Notes: a model not told the origin generated them from the letters alone. DNA of 53,155 bases from Candidatus Thorarchaeota archaeon (GCA_029858305.1 JAOUFI010000010.1:1-53155); one strand, 5' to 3'; shown: positions 27,365-37,262, numbered from the stretch's first letter. Made by a program: numbers and translations.

Positions 27365-27829
27365 ATGCCATCGTATGGATATTCAATCATAGGCATTGAC
27401 CCTGATAGAACTGCCATAGCTAGTGGAAGGAATATACGGGTTTCCCCGAAACATTGCAGAGAAGTCTGTAATGAAATCCGAGGAATGATGCTTGACAAGG
27501 CCATAGAACTTCTAGAGGCCGTAATCGAAGAAAAGGCTTGGATTCCCTACAAACGCCATTACAAAAAGCGTGGACACCATCCTGGTATGAAGAAATGGAT
27601 GGCAGGTGGGCACCCTGTGAAGGCCTCAAGTCATATCATAAAGATTCTGAAGAATGCTGAAGCGAATGCAGACAATAAGGGCCTCGACATTGATCGACTG
27701 AAAGTCATTCATGCGGTAACGCATAGAGGGAGAATCTACAAGAAATTCATAGAGAGAGCATTTGGAAGAAGCTCCGCATATTTCGAGCAAACCTCCCATA
27801 TTGAAATCGTTCTGGAAGAGGTGACATAA
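27365..27829 (+). CDS. rpl22: 50S ribosomal protein uL22
   Basis: RVSPKHCREVC.EIRGM, NAEANA..KGLD and RAFGR motifs. Confidence 0.97.
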   Translation: MPSYGYSIIGIDPDRTAIASGRNIRVSPKHCREVCNEIRGMMLDKAIELLEAVIEEKAWIPYKRHYKKRGHHPGMKKWMAGGHPVKASSHIIKILKNAEANADNKGLDIDRLKVIHAVTHRGRIYKKFIERAFGRSSAYFEQTSHIEIVLEEVT

Positions 27830-28743
27830 TGTCGGCTGTAAAATATTTTATTGAGCAGAACACGCGAAAACTGGCTATTGATGAGTTCTTGACAAAAGAA
27901 CTCAACGCCGCAGGATATGGCGGTGTTGAAATAAGGAAAATGCCAATGAAGACAGAGGTCGTCATAAATGCATCACGACCAGGTGTTGTTATTGGCCGAC
28001 GTGGAGCAAAGATCAGAGAATTAACATACATCCTTGAAAACGAATTTGGATTAGAAAATGTGCAAGTTGAAGTCAATGAAATAGAGAATCCGTGGCTCGA
28101 TGCGTCTGTTATGGCATCAAGATTAGCAAGACAGCTTGAACGTGGCGTTAGATTCAGAAGAATGGCATATTGGATTCTTAGAAGAGTTATGAGAGCAGGA
28201 GCCATCGGATGCGAGATTATTGTTAAGGGTAAGCTCTCAAGTAGAAGAGCACGGTATCAGAAATTCAAGCAGGGGACGATTGCTAAGACAGGAGAACCTT
28301 CAGATATTTTTGTTGATGAAGCAGACGATAGAGCTGTTCTCAAGCCGGGTGTTATCGGTATTAAAGTCTTAATCATGAGACCTGATGCAAAGTTGCCAGG
28401 CGTTATTTTGATTAAGCCTCCAAAACCGAGAAAACCGGAAGAGATTGAACTAGTCAAGAAAGCTGAAGAGGAAAAGACTCCTGAGGAAGAAGAAGCGATG
28501 GAGGAAGTACTCGAAGGAATCACCAATATTGACGAACTTCGGGAACTTGAAGAGCTAGACGGTCTCGAACTAGTAGAAGATGTCACAACTCCTGATGAGT
28601 CAGATGCTCCCACAAAAGAACCAGATGGCACACTAGTGAAGAAACCAGAGGTTTTGGATGATGAATCTGATAAATCAACAGACGAGAGCATCGTAGATGA
28701 TCTTGCGGAATTAGATTCGATGGAGAAGGAGGATGCTGAATAA
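27829..28743 (+). CDS. rps3: 30S ribosomal protein uS3 with long acidic C-tail
   Basis: RPGVVIGRRG KH domain and GCEIIVKGKL; about 100-aa Glu/Asp-rich tail. Confidence 0.97.
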   Translation: MSAVKYFIEQNTRKLAIDEFLTKELNAAGYGGVEIRKMPMKTEVVINASRPGVVIGRRGAKIRELTYILENEFGLENVQVEVNEIENPWLDASVMASRLARQLERGVRFRRMAYWILRRVMRAGAIGCEIIVKGKLSSRRARYQKFKQGTIAKTGEPSDIFVDEADDRAVLKPGVIGIKVLIMRPDAKLPGVILIKPPKPRKPEEIELVKKAEEEKTPEEEEAMEEVLEGITNIDELRELEELDGLELVEDVTTPDESDAPTKEPDGTLVKKPEVLDDESDKSTDESIVDDLAELDSMEKEDAE

Positions 28744-28955
28744 TGGCAAGACTTACTGCTAAAGACATCCGCAAGCTCACTGCCGCAGAGCGTCAAAAGA
28801 AATTAGATGAACTCTATAATGAAATGTCCAGCATCAGGATTGAGTCAGCCACAGGTGGAGGTACTCAAAATCCGTATAGAATTCGTGGTGTGAAGAAAGC
28901 AATAGCCAGAATTCTGACTATTCAACATCAAGAAGAGTTGGAGGCATCTAAATGA
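28743..28955 (+). CDS. rpl29: 50S ribosomal protein uL29
   Basis: NPYRIRGVKKAIARILT; operon position. Confidence 0.95.
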   Translation: MARLTAKDIRKLTAAERQKKLDELYNEMSSIRIESATGGGTQNPYRIRGVKKAIARILTIQHQEELEASK

Positions 28956-29236
28956 AAATCACACCAGAAAATATTGTGAGACACGAACTCACTGGCCTAC
29001 CAATGCACATTGTCAAATCGACTGACCCAAATCTTGTGAGCAAGAAGGGCATCATCCTTCGAGAAACAAAGGAAATGATACATTTCGGTACAGATAGCAG
29101 TGCATTAAGCGTACCCAAGAGCAATTGTGTCTTTGATGTTACACTTCCGGATGGCACACAAGTACGAATCAAAGGAGATGTACTTCGTGGCAGACCGGAA
29201 GATAGAATGAAAAAACGCCTCAATAGGAGCTGGTAA
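28952..29236 (+). CDS. rnp1: Ribonuclease P protein subunit Rpp29/Pop4
   Basis: ITPENIVRHELTGL, G.I..ETK, VPK and GRPEDR motifs. Confidence 0.95.
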   Translation: MKITPENIVRHELTGLPMHIVKSTDPNLVSKKGIILRETKEMIHFGTDSSALSVPKSNCVFDVTLPDGTQVRIKGDVLRGRPEDRMKKRLNRSW

Positions 29237-29238
29237 GG

Positions 29239-29604
29239 ATGGTTGACACAAAAGCAAAGATTCGAAATATTGGCATCCCAAATGTGGAGCCACCAGAAGC
29301 AACGTGCGATGATGCGCATTGTCCATTCCACGGAAAACTCTCAGTAAGAGGTCGAGTGTCAGAGGGAGTGGTGACTAGCACAAAGATGCACAACACAATT
29401 GCATTCCAGCAGGATTTTCTGAGTCTGGTGAAAAAATATTCCAGATACGAACGTCGTCGATCAAGAAAACTCGCCCATCATCCACCATGTATCAGTCTCA
29501 AAGAAGGCGATACTGTGAAAGTAATAGAGTGTCGACCCTTGAGCAAGAATGTATCCAACGTTGTTGTAGCAGTAACAAAATCTGAAGGAGCCCAGGAGGA
29601 ATAA
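29239..29604 (+). CDS. rps17: 30S ribosomal protein uS17
   Basis: CDDAHCPFHG.LSVRG, KYSRYERR and ECRPLSK motifs. Confidence 0.97.
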   Translation: MVDTKAKIRNIGIPNVEPPEATCDDAHCPFHGKLSVRGRVSEGVVTSTKMHNTIAFQQDFLSLVKKYSRYERRRSRKLAHHPPCISLKEGDTVKVIECRPLSKNVSNVVVAVTKSEGAQEE

Positions 29605-29607
29605 TCT

Positions 29608-30030
29608 GTGTCAAGAAAAGTTGGAAGAGGCATTAGGAAATTCATTCCAAAGATGTCAAGAGGTTTACCAATTGGTGCGAAGATATTGTGCGCAGATAAC
29701 TCAGGAGCTAAGGAACTTCAGCTGATAACAGTCTTCGGTTATAAGGGCAAGTTGAGAAAGATCGGCAAAGCCGGAATCGGGGACATGGTGAATGTTTCAG
29801 TTACAAAGGGGAAACAAGAACTAAGAAAGCAGGTTCTACAAGCTGTAGTTGTTAGGCAGAAACAACAATTCAGGAGACCTGATGGCACCTGGATGCAGTT
29901 TGAAGATAATGCTGCAGTTCTAGTAAAACCAGGCGGAGAACCACAAGGTTCAGAGCTGAGAGGACCAATGGCAAGAGAAGTCACTCTGAAGTGGCCACGT
30001 GTTGCTGCGATTGCTTCAAAGATAGTGTGA
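29608..30030 (+). CDS. rpl14: 50S ribosomal protein uL14
   Basis: CADNSGAK and RRPDG...FEDNAAV motifs. Confidence 0.97.
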   Translation: MSRKVGRGIRKFIPKMSRGLPIGAKILCADNSGAKELQLITVFGYKGKLRKIGKAGIGDMVNVSVTKGKQELRKQVLQAVVVRQKQQFRRPDGTWMQFEDNAAVLVKPGGEPQGSELRGPMAREVTLKWPRVAAIASKIV

Positions 30031-30041
30031 GGTTGATTCAA

Positions 30042-30431
30042 ATGGTAAAGAAACCTAGTCCAAAATCCCCGAGAAAGCAGCGAAGACAAGTACAACAGAG
30101 TTCAATGCATGAACGCAGGAACTTGCTTAATTGTCGACTGGATGAGTTCCTACAAGAGGAATACGGTCTCAGATCACTCCTAGTAAAGAAGGGAGATCTT
30201 GTCAAAATAATGAGAGGCCAATTCCGCGATACTGAGGGGAAAGTTGTTCGCGTAGACCACAAGAATATCCGAGTCCACCTTGATAGTGCGACAGTTACCA
30301 AATCTGATGGTAAGGAAGTAAACAGTCCAATTCATCCCTCAAATCTTATGCTTGTGAAATTAGAAATTGATGACGAAAGAAAGAAACTCATCGAAAGCAA
30401 ATTGATGAAGACTGGGGAGAGTGAAGAATAA
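30042..30431 (+). CDS. rpl24: 50S ribosomal protein uL24
   Basis: SPRKQR, KGDLVKIMRG KOW motif, PIHPSNL. Confidence 0.96.
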   Translation: MVKKPSPKSPRKQRRQVQQSSMHERRNLLNCRLDEFLQEEYGLRSLLVKKGDLVKIMRGQFRDTEGKVVRVDHKNIRVHLDSATVTKSDGKEVNSPIHPSNLMLVKLEIDDERKKLIESKLMKTGESEE

Positions 30432-31187
30432 ATGACGAGAAGAGGTCAAAAGAAGCATATGAAACGCCTGCCCGCGCCGAAATACTGGCCCATACCAAGA
30501 AAAGCAGGCAAGTTCACGACACGCGTCATTCCGGGTCCCCATGCACGGGATCATTCTCTGACATTAGCATTAATCCTAAGGGAGATACTTGATTATGCAG
30601 AGAACATGCGCGAGATAAGAGCAATTCTTTCAACAGGCCAAATCAAGGTTGATGGCCAAGTAAGAAAAGATGCACGATTCCCAGTCGGATTAATGGATGT
30701 CATCGAGATTACTACCTCTGGAGAACGATTTAGAGTTCTTCCAAAGAAGCGAGGAGGTTTACGCCTAGTCAATATCGATGATTCAGAGGTTGGATTCAAG
30801 CTCTGTAGAATTGAGAAAAAGACGCTGAACAAAGGCGGCAAGATTCAATTGGGTCTTCACGATGGGCGCACGCTGCTACTTCAGGGAGGCGAGAAGGCTT
30901 CAAAATATAACAATCTTGATACTCTCAAAATTGCGATACCTGAACAGAAGCTCTTGAGCGCAATACCTCTCGAAAAAGGAGTTCAAGCAGTAGTATCCAG
31001 AGGAAAGAACATTGGGATTGAGGGTAAAGTCCTTGCAATTGAAAAGAGACACGGCACTCACGCAAGTACTGTGACTTTGGAGGACCAGACTGGAAATAGA
31101 TTCCAAACAGCCCTTGAATATGTGTTTGTTGTGGGCAAGAACAAATCAGAAGTGAAATTTCAGTCAGAAGGAGGCAGTTCTGAATGA
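30432..31187 (+). CDS. rps4e: 30S ribosomal protein eS4
   Basis: KHMKRLPAPKYW, PGPH, FPVGLMDVI and LHDGR motifs. Confidence 0.97.
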   Translation: MTRRGQKKHMKRLPAPKYWPIPRKAGKFTTRVIPGPHARDHSLTLALILREILDYAENMREIRAILSTGQIKVDGQVRKDARFPVGLMDVIEITTSGERFRVLPKKRGGLRLVNIDDSEVGFKLCRIEKKTLNKGGKIQLGLHDGRTLLLQGGEKASKYNNLDTLKIAIPEQKLLSAIPLEKGVQAVVSRGKNIGIEGKVLAIEKRHGTHASTVTLEDQTGNRFQTALEYVFVVGKNKSEVKFQSEGGSSE

Positions 31188-31759
31188 GTATAGAGAACGA
31201 ACAAGTCTACACTAAGGACTGGAAAGTATACCCAATGCGGGAGCCTTACATATCAAAGGTAGTTGTAGACATCTGTACCAGTGGTGGTGAGGAACTCAAC
31301 AGAGCAACCACAATACTTGAGCAACTCACAGGTCAGACACCAACTCAATCAAGGGCACGACAAACTATTCGTGACTTTGGCATTCGGAAGAAAGATCCAA
31401 TAGCAGTCAGAGTCACTCTTAGACATAAGCGTGCTGAAGAGTTCCTTGGAAGAGCAATGAAAGCCAAGGATGACGTTCTTCTTTTGAAGAACTGGGATGA
31501 TGATGGTAACTTTGCATTTGGTATCACTGAACATATCGACATCCCTGATGTAAAGTACGACCCCACATTGGGAGTTCAAGGAATGAATATCACTGTCTGT
31601 ATTGAGCGACCTGGATACAGAGTGAAGCGAAGACGCAGACAAAAAGCGAAGGTACCCTACAGACACCGTTTGACTCCAGAAGAGAGTATGGTGTTTGTAA
31701 AGAGCAAATTCGGTATCGAGATACTAGAAAAGGAGCGAGAACGGACATACCTGTTCTGA
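31184..31759 (+). CDS. rpl5: 50S ribosomal protein uL5
   Basis: LTGQ.P, FGIRK..PIA.RVTLR, GNFAFGITEHI and RPGYRV motifs. Confidence 0.97.
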   Translation: MSIENEQVYTKDWKVYPMREPYISKVVVDICTSGGEELNRATTILEQLTGQTPTQSRARQTIRDFGIRKKDPIAVRVTLRHKRAEEFLGRAMKAKDDVLLLKNWDDDGNFAFGITEHIDIPDVKYDPTLGVQGMNITVCIERPGYRVKRRRRQKAKVPYRHRLTPEESMVFVKSKFGIEILEKERERTYLF

Positions 31760-31770
31760 GGTGATTAATG

Positions 31771-31941
31771 ATGAGTACAAAGAAAGAGCGGACACGACAG
31801 AAGAAGAAGTCGGGCAAGGGTAATAGGACATGCGTCCGTTGCGGAACACATCAGGCAATAATCCGTTCATACGGTCTCTACATGTGCCGACGTTGTTTCA
31901 GAGAAACAGCGACTAAACTCGGATTCCGGAAATATATGTAA
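31771..31941 (+). CDS. rps14: 30S ribosomal protein uS14
   Basis: Own translation: [56 protein letters not shown] (below the ORF-track length cutoff). Confidence 0.96.
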   Translation: MSTKKERTRQKKKSGKGNRTCVRCGTHQAIIRSYGLYMCRRCFRETATKLGFRKYM

Positions 31942-31957
31942 GGAGGTCTAAGAGAAA

Positions 31958-32350
31958 ATGACACTACTAGACCCACTGGCTGATGCGATGTCAAACATAC
32001 ATAATAGTGAAACAGTAGGCAAGTCCGAAGTGGTCATTGCCCCAGCATCACAGCTAATTGAGAAAGTGCTACAGGTTATGCAGTCCAAGGGCTACATTGG
32101 AGAGTTCGAACGAATAGATGATGGAATGGCAGGTAGACTGCGAATCCAACTCATGGGTCGGACGAACAAGTGTGGTGTAATAAAACCAAGATATCCAGTC
32201 CGACGAGATGGCTTTGAGAAGTACGAGAAGCGATTCCTTCCTGCATACAACTATGGTATCTTGATTGTTACTACTCCTGCAGGAGTAATGACACACCAAG
32301 ATGCAAAGGACCGCGGAATTGGCGGGAGACTACTGGCATACGTGTATTAA
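31958..32350 (+). CDS. rps8: 30S ribosomal protein uS8
   Basis: [23 protein letters not shown] and GGRLLAYVY motifs. Confidence 0.97.
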   Translation: MTLLDPLADAMSNIHNSETVGKSEVVIAPASQLIEKVLQVMQSKGYIGEFERIDDGMAGRLRIQLMGRTNKCGVIKPRYPVRRDGFEKYEKRFLPAYNYGILIVTTPAGVMTHQDAKDRGIGGRLLAYVY

Positions 32351-32363
32351 GGAGATCTGACAA

Positions 32364-32927
32364 ATGGCTGAAGAACTAGTATACCATCAAACGATTGAGA
32401 TTCACAGTGAGTGTCAGATTTCTTTGGATGACAAGACAGTCACTGTAAAGGGTCCAAAGGGCTCACTAACTCGCACATTTCCTGAACCACAGACTTCCAT
32501 CAAGATTGAAGGAAATGAAGTGTATGTAGGTACGAACATTAGCAGAAAACGTGCCCGAGCATTGGTCGGGACAGTAATTGCCCATATCCGTAATATGATG
32601 CTCGGTGTTCGTTTGGGCTACGAGTACGAGATGAAGATCGTCTATAGTCACTTTCCAATCAGTGTTGAGCTGAAAGATAAGATCATGATTATCAAGAACT
32701 TCATTGGAGAGCGAGGAATTAGGAAGGCGCGAATTGTCGGAGATGTTCAGATTCGAACCACAGAGGATGAGATTTTCATCAGTGGCATTGATCTTGAACA
32801 TGTATCGCAGAGCGCAGCTAATATCCAGCAGGCCTGTAAGATTCGTGATAAAGACAGACGTGTATTCCTAGATGGAATCTATGTAATCAGGAAGACGAAG
32901 GGTGATACAATAAAGTCCGTAGTATAG
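32364..32927 (+). CDS. rpl6: 50S ribosomal protein uL6
   Basis: VKGPKG, YSHFPI, NFIGER and DRRVFLDGIY motifs. Confidence 0.97.
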   Translation: MAEELVYHQTIEIHSECQISLDDKTVTVKGPKGSLTRTFPEPQTSIKIEGNEVYVGTNISRKRARALVGTVIAHIRNMMLGVRLGYEYEMKIVYSHFPISVELKDKIMIIKNFIGERGIRKARIVGDVQIRTTEDEIFISGIDLEHVSQSAANIQQACKIRDKDRRVFLDGIYVIRKTKGDTIKSVV

Positions 32928-32938
32928 GAGGCAACAAA

Positions 32939-33835
32939 ATGTCGAAAAAGCCAGAACTAAAAGATCTGCCCGGATTGGGTCCTAAGCTTGAAGAAAAGCT
33001 TGTAGAGGCAGGAATAAAGACAGTACTTAATCTGTCACGGGCAAAAGCGGACAAGCTTGCTGAAAAAGTAGATGGACTTAGTGTTAGCCGTGCAGAGGCA
33101 TTAATAGCAGCAGCTCAAGAAACCCTCCAGAGCGTCCCAACTCCTGTAAAGGAAGCCAAACCAAAGAAAGCGGTGAGCAAAGAAGCGGCACCTGCGAAGA
33201 AGCCTGCAACGAAAACCGCACCTAAGAAGAAAGTTGAGGCAGAAGTAGAGGCTCCAAAGAAGAAAGTTTCTGCAAAGGAAGCTCCAAAGAAGAAGGCTGA
33301 AGAAAAACCAAAGCCTTCTAAAAAAGCCGCCAAAATTACTGAGGTCAAACCCAAGAAGAAAGCGGTGAAGAAGGAAAAGCCAGAGGTGCCTGTGAGGTTC
33401 AAGAACCTAGACCAACGGCTTGTAAGAATAAAACATGATAGAAAGATACGGATGCCAAAATTCCATGCTGAAAATGCACATCGCTGGACCCGTATAAGTA
33501 GACGATGGCGCAAAATACGAGGAATCGATAGCTATACACGACAGAAGAAGAAAGGCAGAATTGCCATGGTATCTCCCGGATATAGAACGCCTAAGGCTAT
33601 TCGTTACTTACACCCTTCAATGTACAAAGAAGTTCCAGTTTATAGACCATCTGACCTAGAGAGTCTTGATCCTGATATCCATGCAGTACGCATAGCTGCA
33701 ACTGTTGGAGGAAGAAAACGACAAGACATACTTGAGAGAGCAGATGCAAGACTCATTCGTGTGCTAAATCCAGGCACAAAAGAAGAGATTGGTGAAGAGG
33801 ACCTCTTCACAGACCTAGACTTGGAGGAGGATTAG
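32939..33835 (+). CDS. rpl32e: 50S ribosomal protein eL32 with N-terminal HhH domain and Lys/Ala/Pro-rich linker
   Basis: LPGLGPK HhH motif; PAKK-type linker; WRKIRGIDS, GYRTPK..R.LHPS and VLNP eL32 core. Confidence 0.93.
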   Translation: MSKKPELKDLPGLGPKLEEKLVEAGIKTVLNLSRAKADKLAEKVDGLSVSRAEALIAAAQETLQSVPTPVKEAKPKKAVSKEAAPAKKPATKTAPKKKVEAEVEAPKKKVSAKEAPKKKAEEKPKPSKKAAKITEVKPKKKAVKKEKPEVPVRFKNLDQRLVRIKHDRKIRMPKFHAENAHRWTRISRRWRKIRGIDSYTRQKKKGRIAMVSPGYRTPKAIRYLHPSMYKEVPVYRPSDLESLDPDIHAVRIAATVGGRKRQDILERADARLIRVLNPGTKEEIGEEDLFTDLDLEED

Positions 33836-33837
33836 TA

Positions 33838-34290
33838 ATGAAACTCTCCACTCAAAAAAGACTAGCAGCCGATGTAATGAAGGTCGGAGTATCAAGAGTT
33901 TGGATTGATCCAACATTCGAAGACGAAGTCAGTCTAGCAATAACTAGAGATGACATTAAGCGACTTGTGGATGAAGGGGCTATCCAGAAAAAGCAAGTGA
34001 CTGGTGTGAGTAGAGGCAGAGCTCGATATGTCCTTGAACAGAAGCGAAAAGGTCAGAGAAAAGGCCCTGGCAGAAAGAAAGGCAAGGCCACTTCAAAACT
34101 TAGCGGCAAGGACCGATGGATGATTAAGATACGCCCAATGCGTAAAGAACTACGCAAGCTTCGTGATAATAAGAAGATCACAAGCAGGACCTACAGAGAA
34201 TTGTATCTAAAAGCCAAGGGTAATGCATTCCGTAACACGGCACACCTTAGAACATATATTACCGAACGCAAGCTGGAGGTGTCAAAGTAA
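33838..34290 (+). CDS. rpl19e: 50S ribosomal protein eL19
   Basis: QKRLAA, RVWIDP, AITRDDI and YRELYLKAKG motifs. Confidence 0.97.
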   Translation: MKLSTQKRLAADVMKVGVSRVWIDPTFEDEVSLAITRDDIKRLVDEGAIQKKQVTGVSRGRARYVLEQKRKGQRKGPGRKKGKATSKLSGKDRWMIKIRPMRKELRKLRDNKKITSRTYRELYLKAKGNAFRNTAHLRTYITERKLEVSK

Positions 34291-35054
34291 TGGCACAGGG
34301 ACCAACATATCGAGTGAAGTTCCGTCGTCGACGAGAAGGAAAAACTAACTACTACCGCCGGCGAAGCTTACTCCTGTCACGACGATCACGACTTGTAGTA
34401 CGAAAAACCAATTCAAATACAATAGTTCAGGTCATCAATGCCAATGTTGCTGGAGATGTGACTGTAGCTTCAGCGGTTGCAAGAGAACTCTCCAATTTCG
34501 GATGGACAGCAGGAACATCTAATCTACCTGCTGCATATTTGACTGGATACCTAGCTGGTCTGCGCGCAAAAAGCCGCGGAGTCAGTGGAGCAATACTTGA
34601 TATTGGACTTAATCCTCCGGTCAAGGGCTCTAGGATTTACGCAGCTCTAAAGGGAGCCATCGATGCAGGTCTTGAAGTTCCACATAGTCCAGAAATTCTT
34701 CCCGATGATTCCAGAGTTTCAGGAAACCATATTGTTTCGGGCTTTGAACACTTCAGTGGATTGGATAACACATTCATGTTCAACAGACTTGGTAAGAAGA
34801 AGACAACAATCACATCAATACCCAAACAGGTAGATGCTGTGAAGAAATCACTTCTTGCAATTCCAGCTGCGGATCTGAAAAAGAAGAAACCAAAGAAAGC
34901 CCCTGCTAAAGCAAAAGCTGCAGAGAAAATGGAAAAGAAGCCCAAGAAGGAAGTACCAACGGTTAGACCTCCACGGGCAATACCGAGAAAGCCCAAGCCA
35001 AAGAAATTGATTGCCAGAGGTAAGGGAAAGAAGGGGAAGAAAGGTAAGATCTAG
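34290..35054 (+). CDS. rpl18: 50S ribosomal protein uL18 with Lys-rich C-tail
   Basis: RRRREGKTNY, NLPAAYLTG and LKGAIDAGL.VPH motifs; about 60-aa Lys/Pro tail. Confidence 0.96.
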   Translation: MAQGPTYRVKFRRRREGKTNYYRRRSLLLSRRSRLVVRKTNSNTIVQVINANVAGDVTVASAVARELSNFGWTAGTSNLPAAYLTGYLAGLRAKSRGVSGAILDIGLNPPVKGSRIYAALKGAIDAGLEVPHSPEILPDDSRVSGNHIVSGFEHFSGLDNTFMFNRLGKKKTTITSIPKQVDAVKKSLLAIPAADLKKKKPKKAPAKAKAAEKMEKKPKKEVPTVRPPRAIPRKPKPKKLIARGKGKKGKKGKI

Positions 35055-35067
35055 GGGATGATGAACG

Positions 35068-35739
35068 ATGAGTAAACAGAGAAGAAGAGCGCCTCGAGCA
35101 GAAATCAATCCACTAGACGAGTGGATTCCAAAGACGAAGCTTGGAAGACTTGTCAAGGACGGTCATATTAACAGTATCGAGGAGATAATAGCCAATAACT
35201 ACAGAATCAGGGAACCTGAGATTGTAGATGCTTTATTCCCAGATTTGAGGCAGGAAGTTGTTGATGTCAGCATGGTACAACGCCAGTCTGATAGTGGTCA
35301 ACAGAAGAGCTTCAGAATAACCGTCATTGTTGGAAATGGTGAAGGTTTGCTTGGGATTGGTGTTGGAAAGGCTCCGGAATTCGTCCCTGCAGTACGTGCA
35401 GCAGAATCACGAGCAAAACTAAACATTACAAAGTTCCGAAGAGGATGTGGATCTTGGGAGTGCAGATGTCATGATCCGCATAGTATCCCATTCCAAGTGG
35501 ATGGCGCAGCTGGATCAGTAAGTGTCACGCTCAGACCAGCGCCAAAAGGTACGGGGCTTGTGACCGCAGATGTTGGAAAGATCGTGCTCAGAATTGCAGG
35601 TCTTCATGATGTCTGGTCCATTTCAAAAGGACGCTCAAGAACATCATCGAACTTTGCAAAGGCCTTCGTGGATGCACTTACACAGACATACAGAATGCTA
35701 CCTCCACAAGAATGGATATCATCAGGGGTGACTGAATAA
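35068..35739 (+). CDS. rps5: 30S ribosomal protein uS5
   Basis: WIPKTKLGRLV, RGCGSWEC and PAPKGTGLV motifs. Confidence 0.97.
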   Translation: MSKQRRRAPRAEINPLDEWIPKTKLGRLVKDGHINSIEEIIANNYRIREPEIVDALFPDLRQEVVDVSMVQRQSDSGQQKSFRITVIVGNGEGLLGIGVGKAPEFVPAVRAAESRAKLNITKFRRGCGSWECRCHDPHSIPFQVDGAAGSVSVTLRPAPKGTGLVTADVGKIVLRIAGLHDVWSISKGRSRTSSNFAKAFVDALTQTYRMLPPQEWISSGVTE

Positions 35740-36221
35740 TGAGTGAAGATGAAAAAGTCATTCTTGCCATACGAATTAGAGGTCAAGTTCGAGTTCGACC
35801 TCAGATAGAGGATACTCTTAACAAATTGCTACTTGGGCGCCTACACCAAGCAAGGCTCATCAAGGCCACACCCAGTTTGGAAGGAATGATTGCAAAGGCG
35901 AAGGACTACATCACTTGGGGAGTGCCTTCTGAAGAAGTGATTGAAAAACTCCTCATAAAGAGAGGACGAATAACTGGCAATGCTCACTTGACTGATAGTT
36001 ATGTGAAGAAGAATTCGAACCACTCCAGTGTGAAAGCCTTAGCAAAGGCTATCGCAGCAGGAGAGGCCTCTGTCTCTGATGTTGAGGGTCTAAAGCCGGT
36101 ATTTCGGCTTACTCCACCAACAAAGGGATTCAAAGGAAAGAGAAACGTACCAGTGAATATGGGTGGCATCACTGGAGATCGTGGTGAAGGTATAAGTGAA
36201 CTTGCACTACGTATGATTTGA
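35739..36221 (+). CDS. rpl30: 50S ribosomal protein uL30
   Basis: AIRIRG, KDYITWG, FRLTPP.KGF and G.RG..I motifs. Confidence 0.96.
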   Translation: MSEDEKVILAIRIRGQVRVRPQIEDTLNKLLLGRLHQARLIKATPSLEGMIAKAKDYITWGVPSEEVIEKLLIKRGRITGNAHLTDSYVKKNSNHSSVKALAKAIAAGEASVSDVEGLKPVFRLTPPTKGFKGKRNVPVNMGGITGDRGEGISELALRMI

Positions 36222-36231
36222 GGGATAACTA

Positions 36232-36762
36232 ATGTCTTGGGACGACGATCGTGACGACGAAACGAAAAGAAGGATACGGCGCTGGTTTGGCGACTTTATC
36301 CCAGAAGAGATGCTCAGACAGATAGAGGAGATGATGGAGCGAATGATGTCTGAGATGAACCAAGGAACATTCCTGAATCCTGAAACCTTCGAAGAGATGC
36401 TCAGGAGTCAGGAGGGAACAAATCCATTCCTATTTGGATTCTCCATGAATCTCGGCCCAGACGGAAAGCCCATAATACAAAGATTCGGGAATACACCGGG
36501 TTATGAAGGTGAGAGTCATGTACTCGAACCTTTAGTGGATATTGTGGATGAAGACGGTGAAATCATCGTTGTTGCAGAAGTACCAGGAGTAAGCAGGGAC
36601 GAAATCAAGGTTCGAATCAAGGGAACTGAACTGACAATCCATGCAGAGAACCAAGAGAGACCCTATCACAAGGTCATCCAACTCCCCGCAAAAGTAGTGA
36701 AAGAAGAAGCAAAATCAGCAATACGTAACGGTGTGCTGGAAATTCGATTGAAAAAGGCATAA
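36232..36762 (+). CDS. hsp20: Small heat shock protein (archaeal Hsp20)
   Basis: PF.FGFS...GPDGKP.IQRFGN, EPLVD, AEVPGV and NGVLEI alpha-crystallin motifs. Confidence 0.95.
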   Translation: MSWDDDRDDETKRRIRRWFGDFIPEEMLRQIEEMMERMMSEMNQGTFLNPETFEEMLRSQEGTNPFLFGFSMNLGPDGKPIIQRFGNTPGYEGESHVLEPLVDIVDEDGEIIVVAEVPGVSRDEIKVRIKGTELTIHAENQERPYHKVIQLPAKVVKEEAKSAIRNGVLEIRLKKA

Positions 36763-36778
36763 TCAGGAGATTGCAGCC

Positions 36779-37228
36779 ATGCAGAAAAGAACCAAGAAGA
36801 AAATTACAAAACTGAGAGGCCAGCGGTCAGCCGGCTATGGATTCACTAAAGGACATAGAGCAGCAGGACAGCGCGGTGGAAAAGGAATGGCTGGTTCACA
36901 TAAGCATCACTACCAGAAAAGAATGCAGGAAGACCCACACTACTTTGGTAAGTGGGGATTCAAGAGACCACAGAAGCTCTTGCAGAATGTCGATGCTGTG
37001 AATATCGGAGAGATCGACGAGGCTGCAGACAGATTAGTGGCGAAGGGTCTTGCTACTATGACAGGCAAGAGATACAATATTGATGTATCAAAACTGGGAA
37101 TTGACCGCATCCTTGGTTCAGGCAGGGTTAGTCGCAAGCTGAATTTAACAGGTGTGAAGTCAATCACAGCGCGAGCGAGAGAAAAAGTCGCAGGCGCTGG
37201 CGGAACTCTTGACTTACCAGAAGAATAG
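36779..37228 (+). CDS. rpl15: 50S ribosomal protein uL15
   Basis: RGGKGMAG..KH, YFGKWGF, ILGSG and AREKV..AGG motifs. Confidence 0.96.
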   Translation: MQKRTKKKITKLRGQRSAGYGFTKGHRAAGQRGGKGMAGSHKHHYQKRMQEDPHYFGKWGFKRPQKLLQNVDAVNIGEIDEAADRLVAKGLATMTGKRYNIDVSKLGIDRILGSGRVSRKLNLTGVKSITARAREKVAGAGGTLDLPEE

Positions 37229-37254
37229 AGTACAACTTCTGGCCGACCACTATC

Positions 37255-37262
37255 TTTAAAGG
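37255..37262 (+). promoter_or_regulatory. Candidate internal TATA box upstream of secY
   Basis: TTTAAAGG about 50 nt before the secY ATG; GGAGG SD follows. Confidence 0.4.

Noticed and set aside
33115-33400. Repetitive AAGAAG/CCAAAG DNA as a tandem repeat or CRISPR array
   Set aside because: Explained by Lys/Pro/Ala codons of the eL32 linker; no constant repeat-spacer periodicity was seen anywhere in the window.
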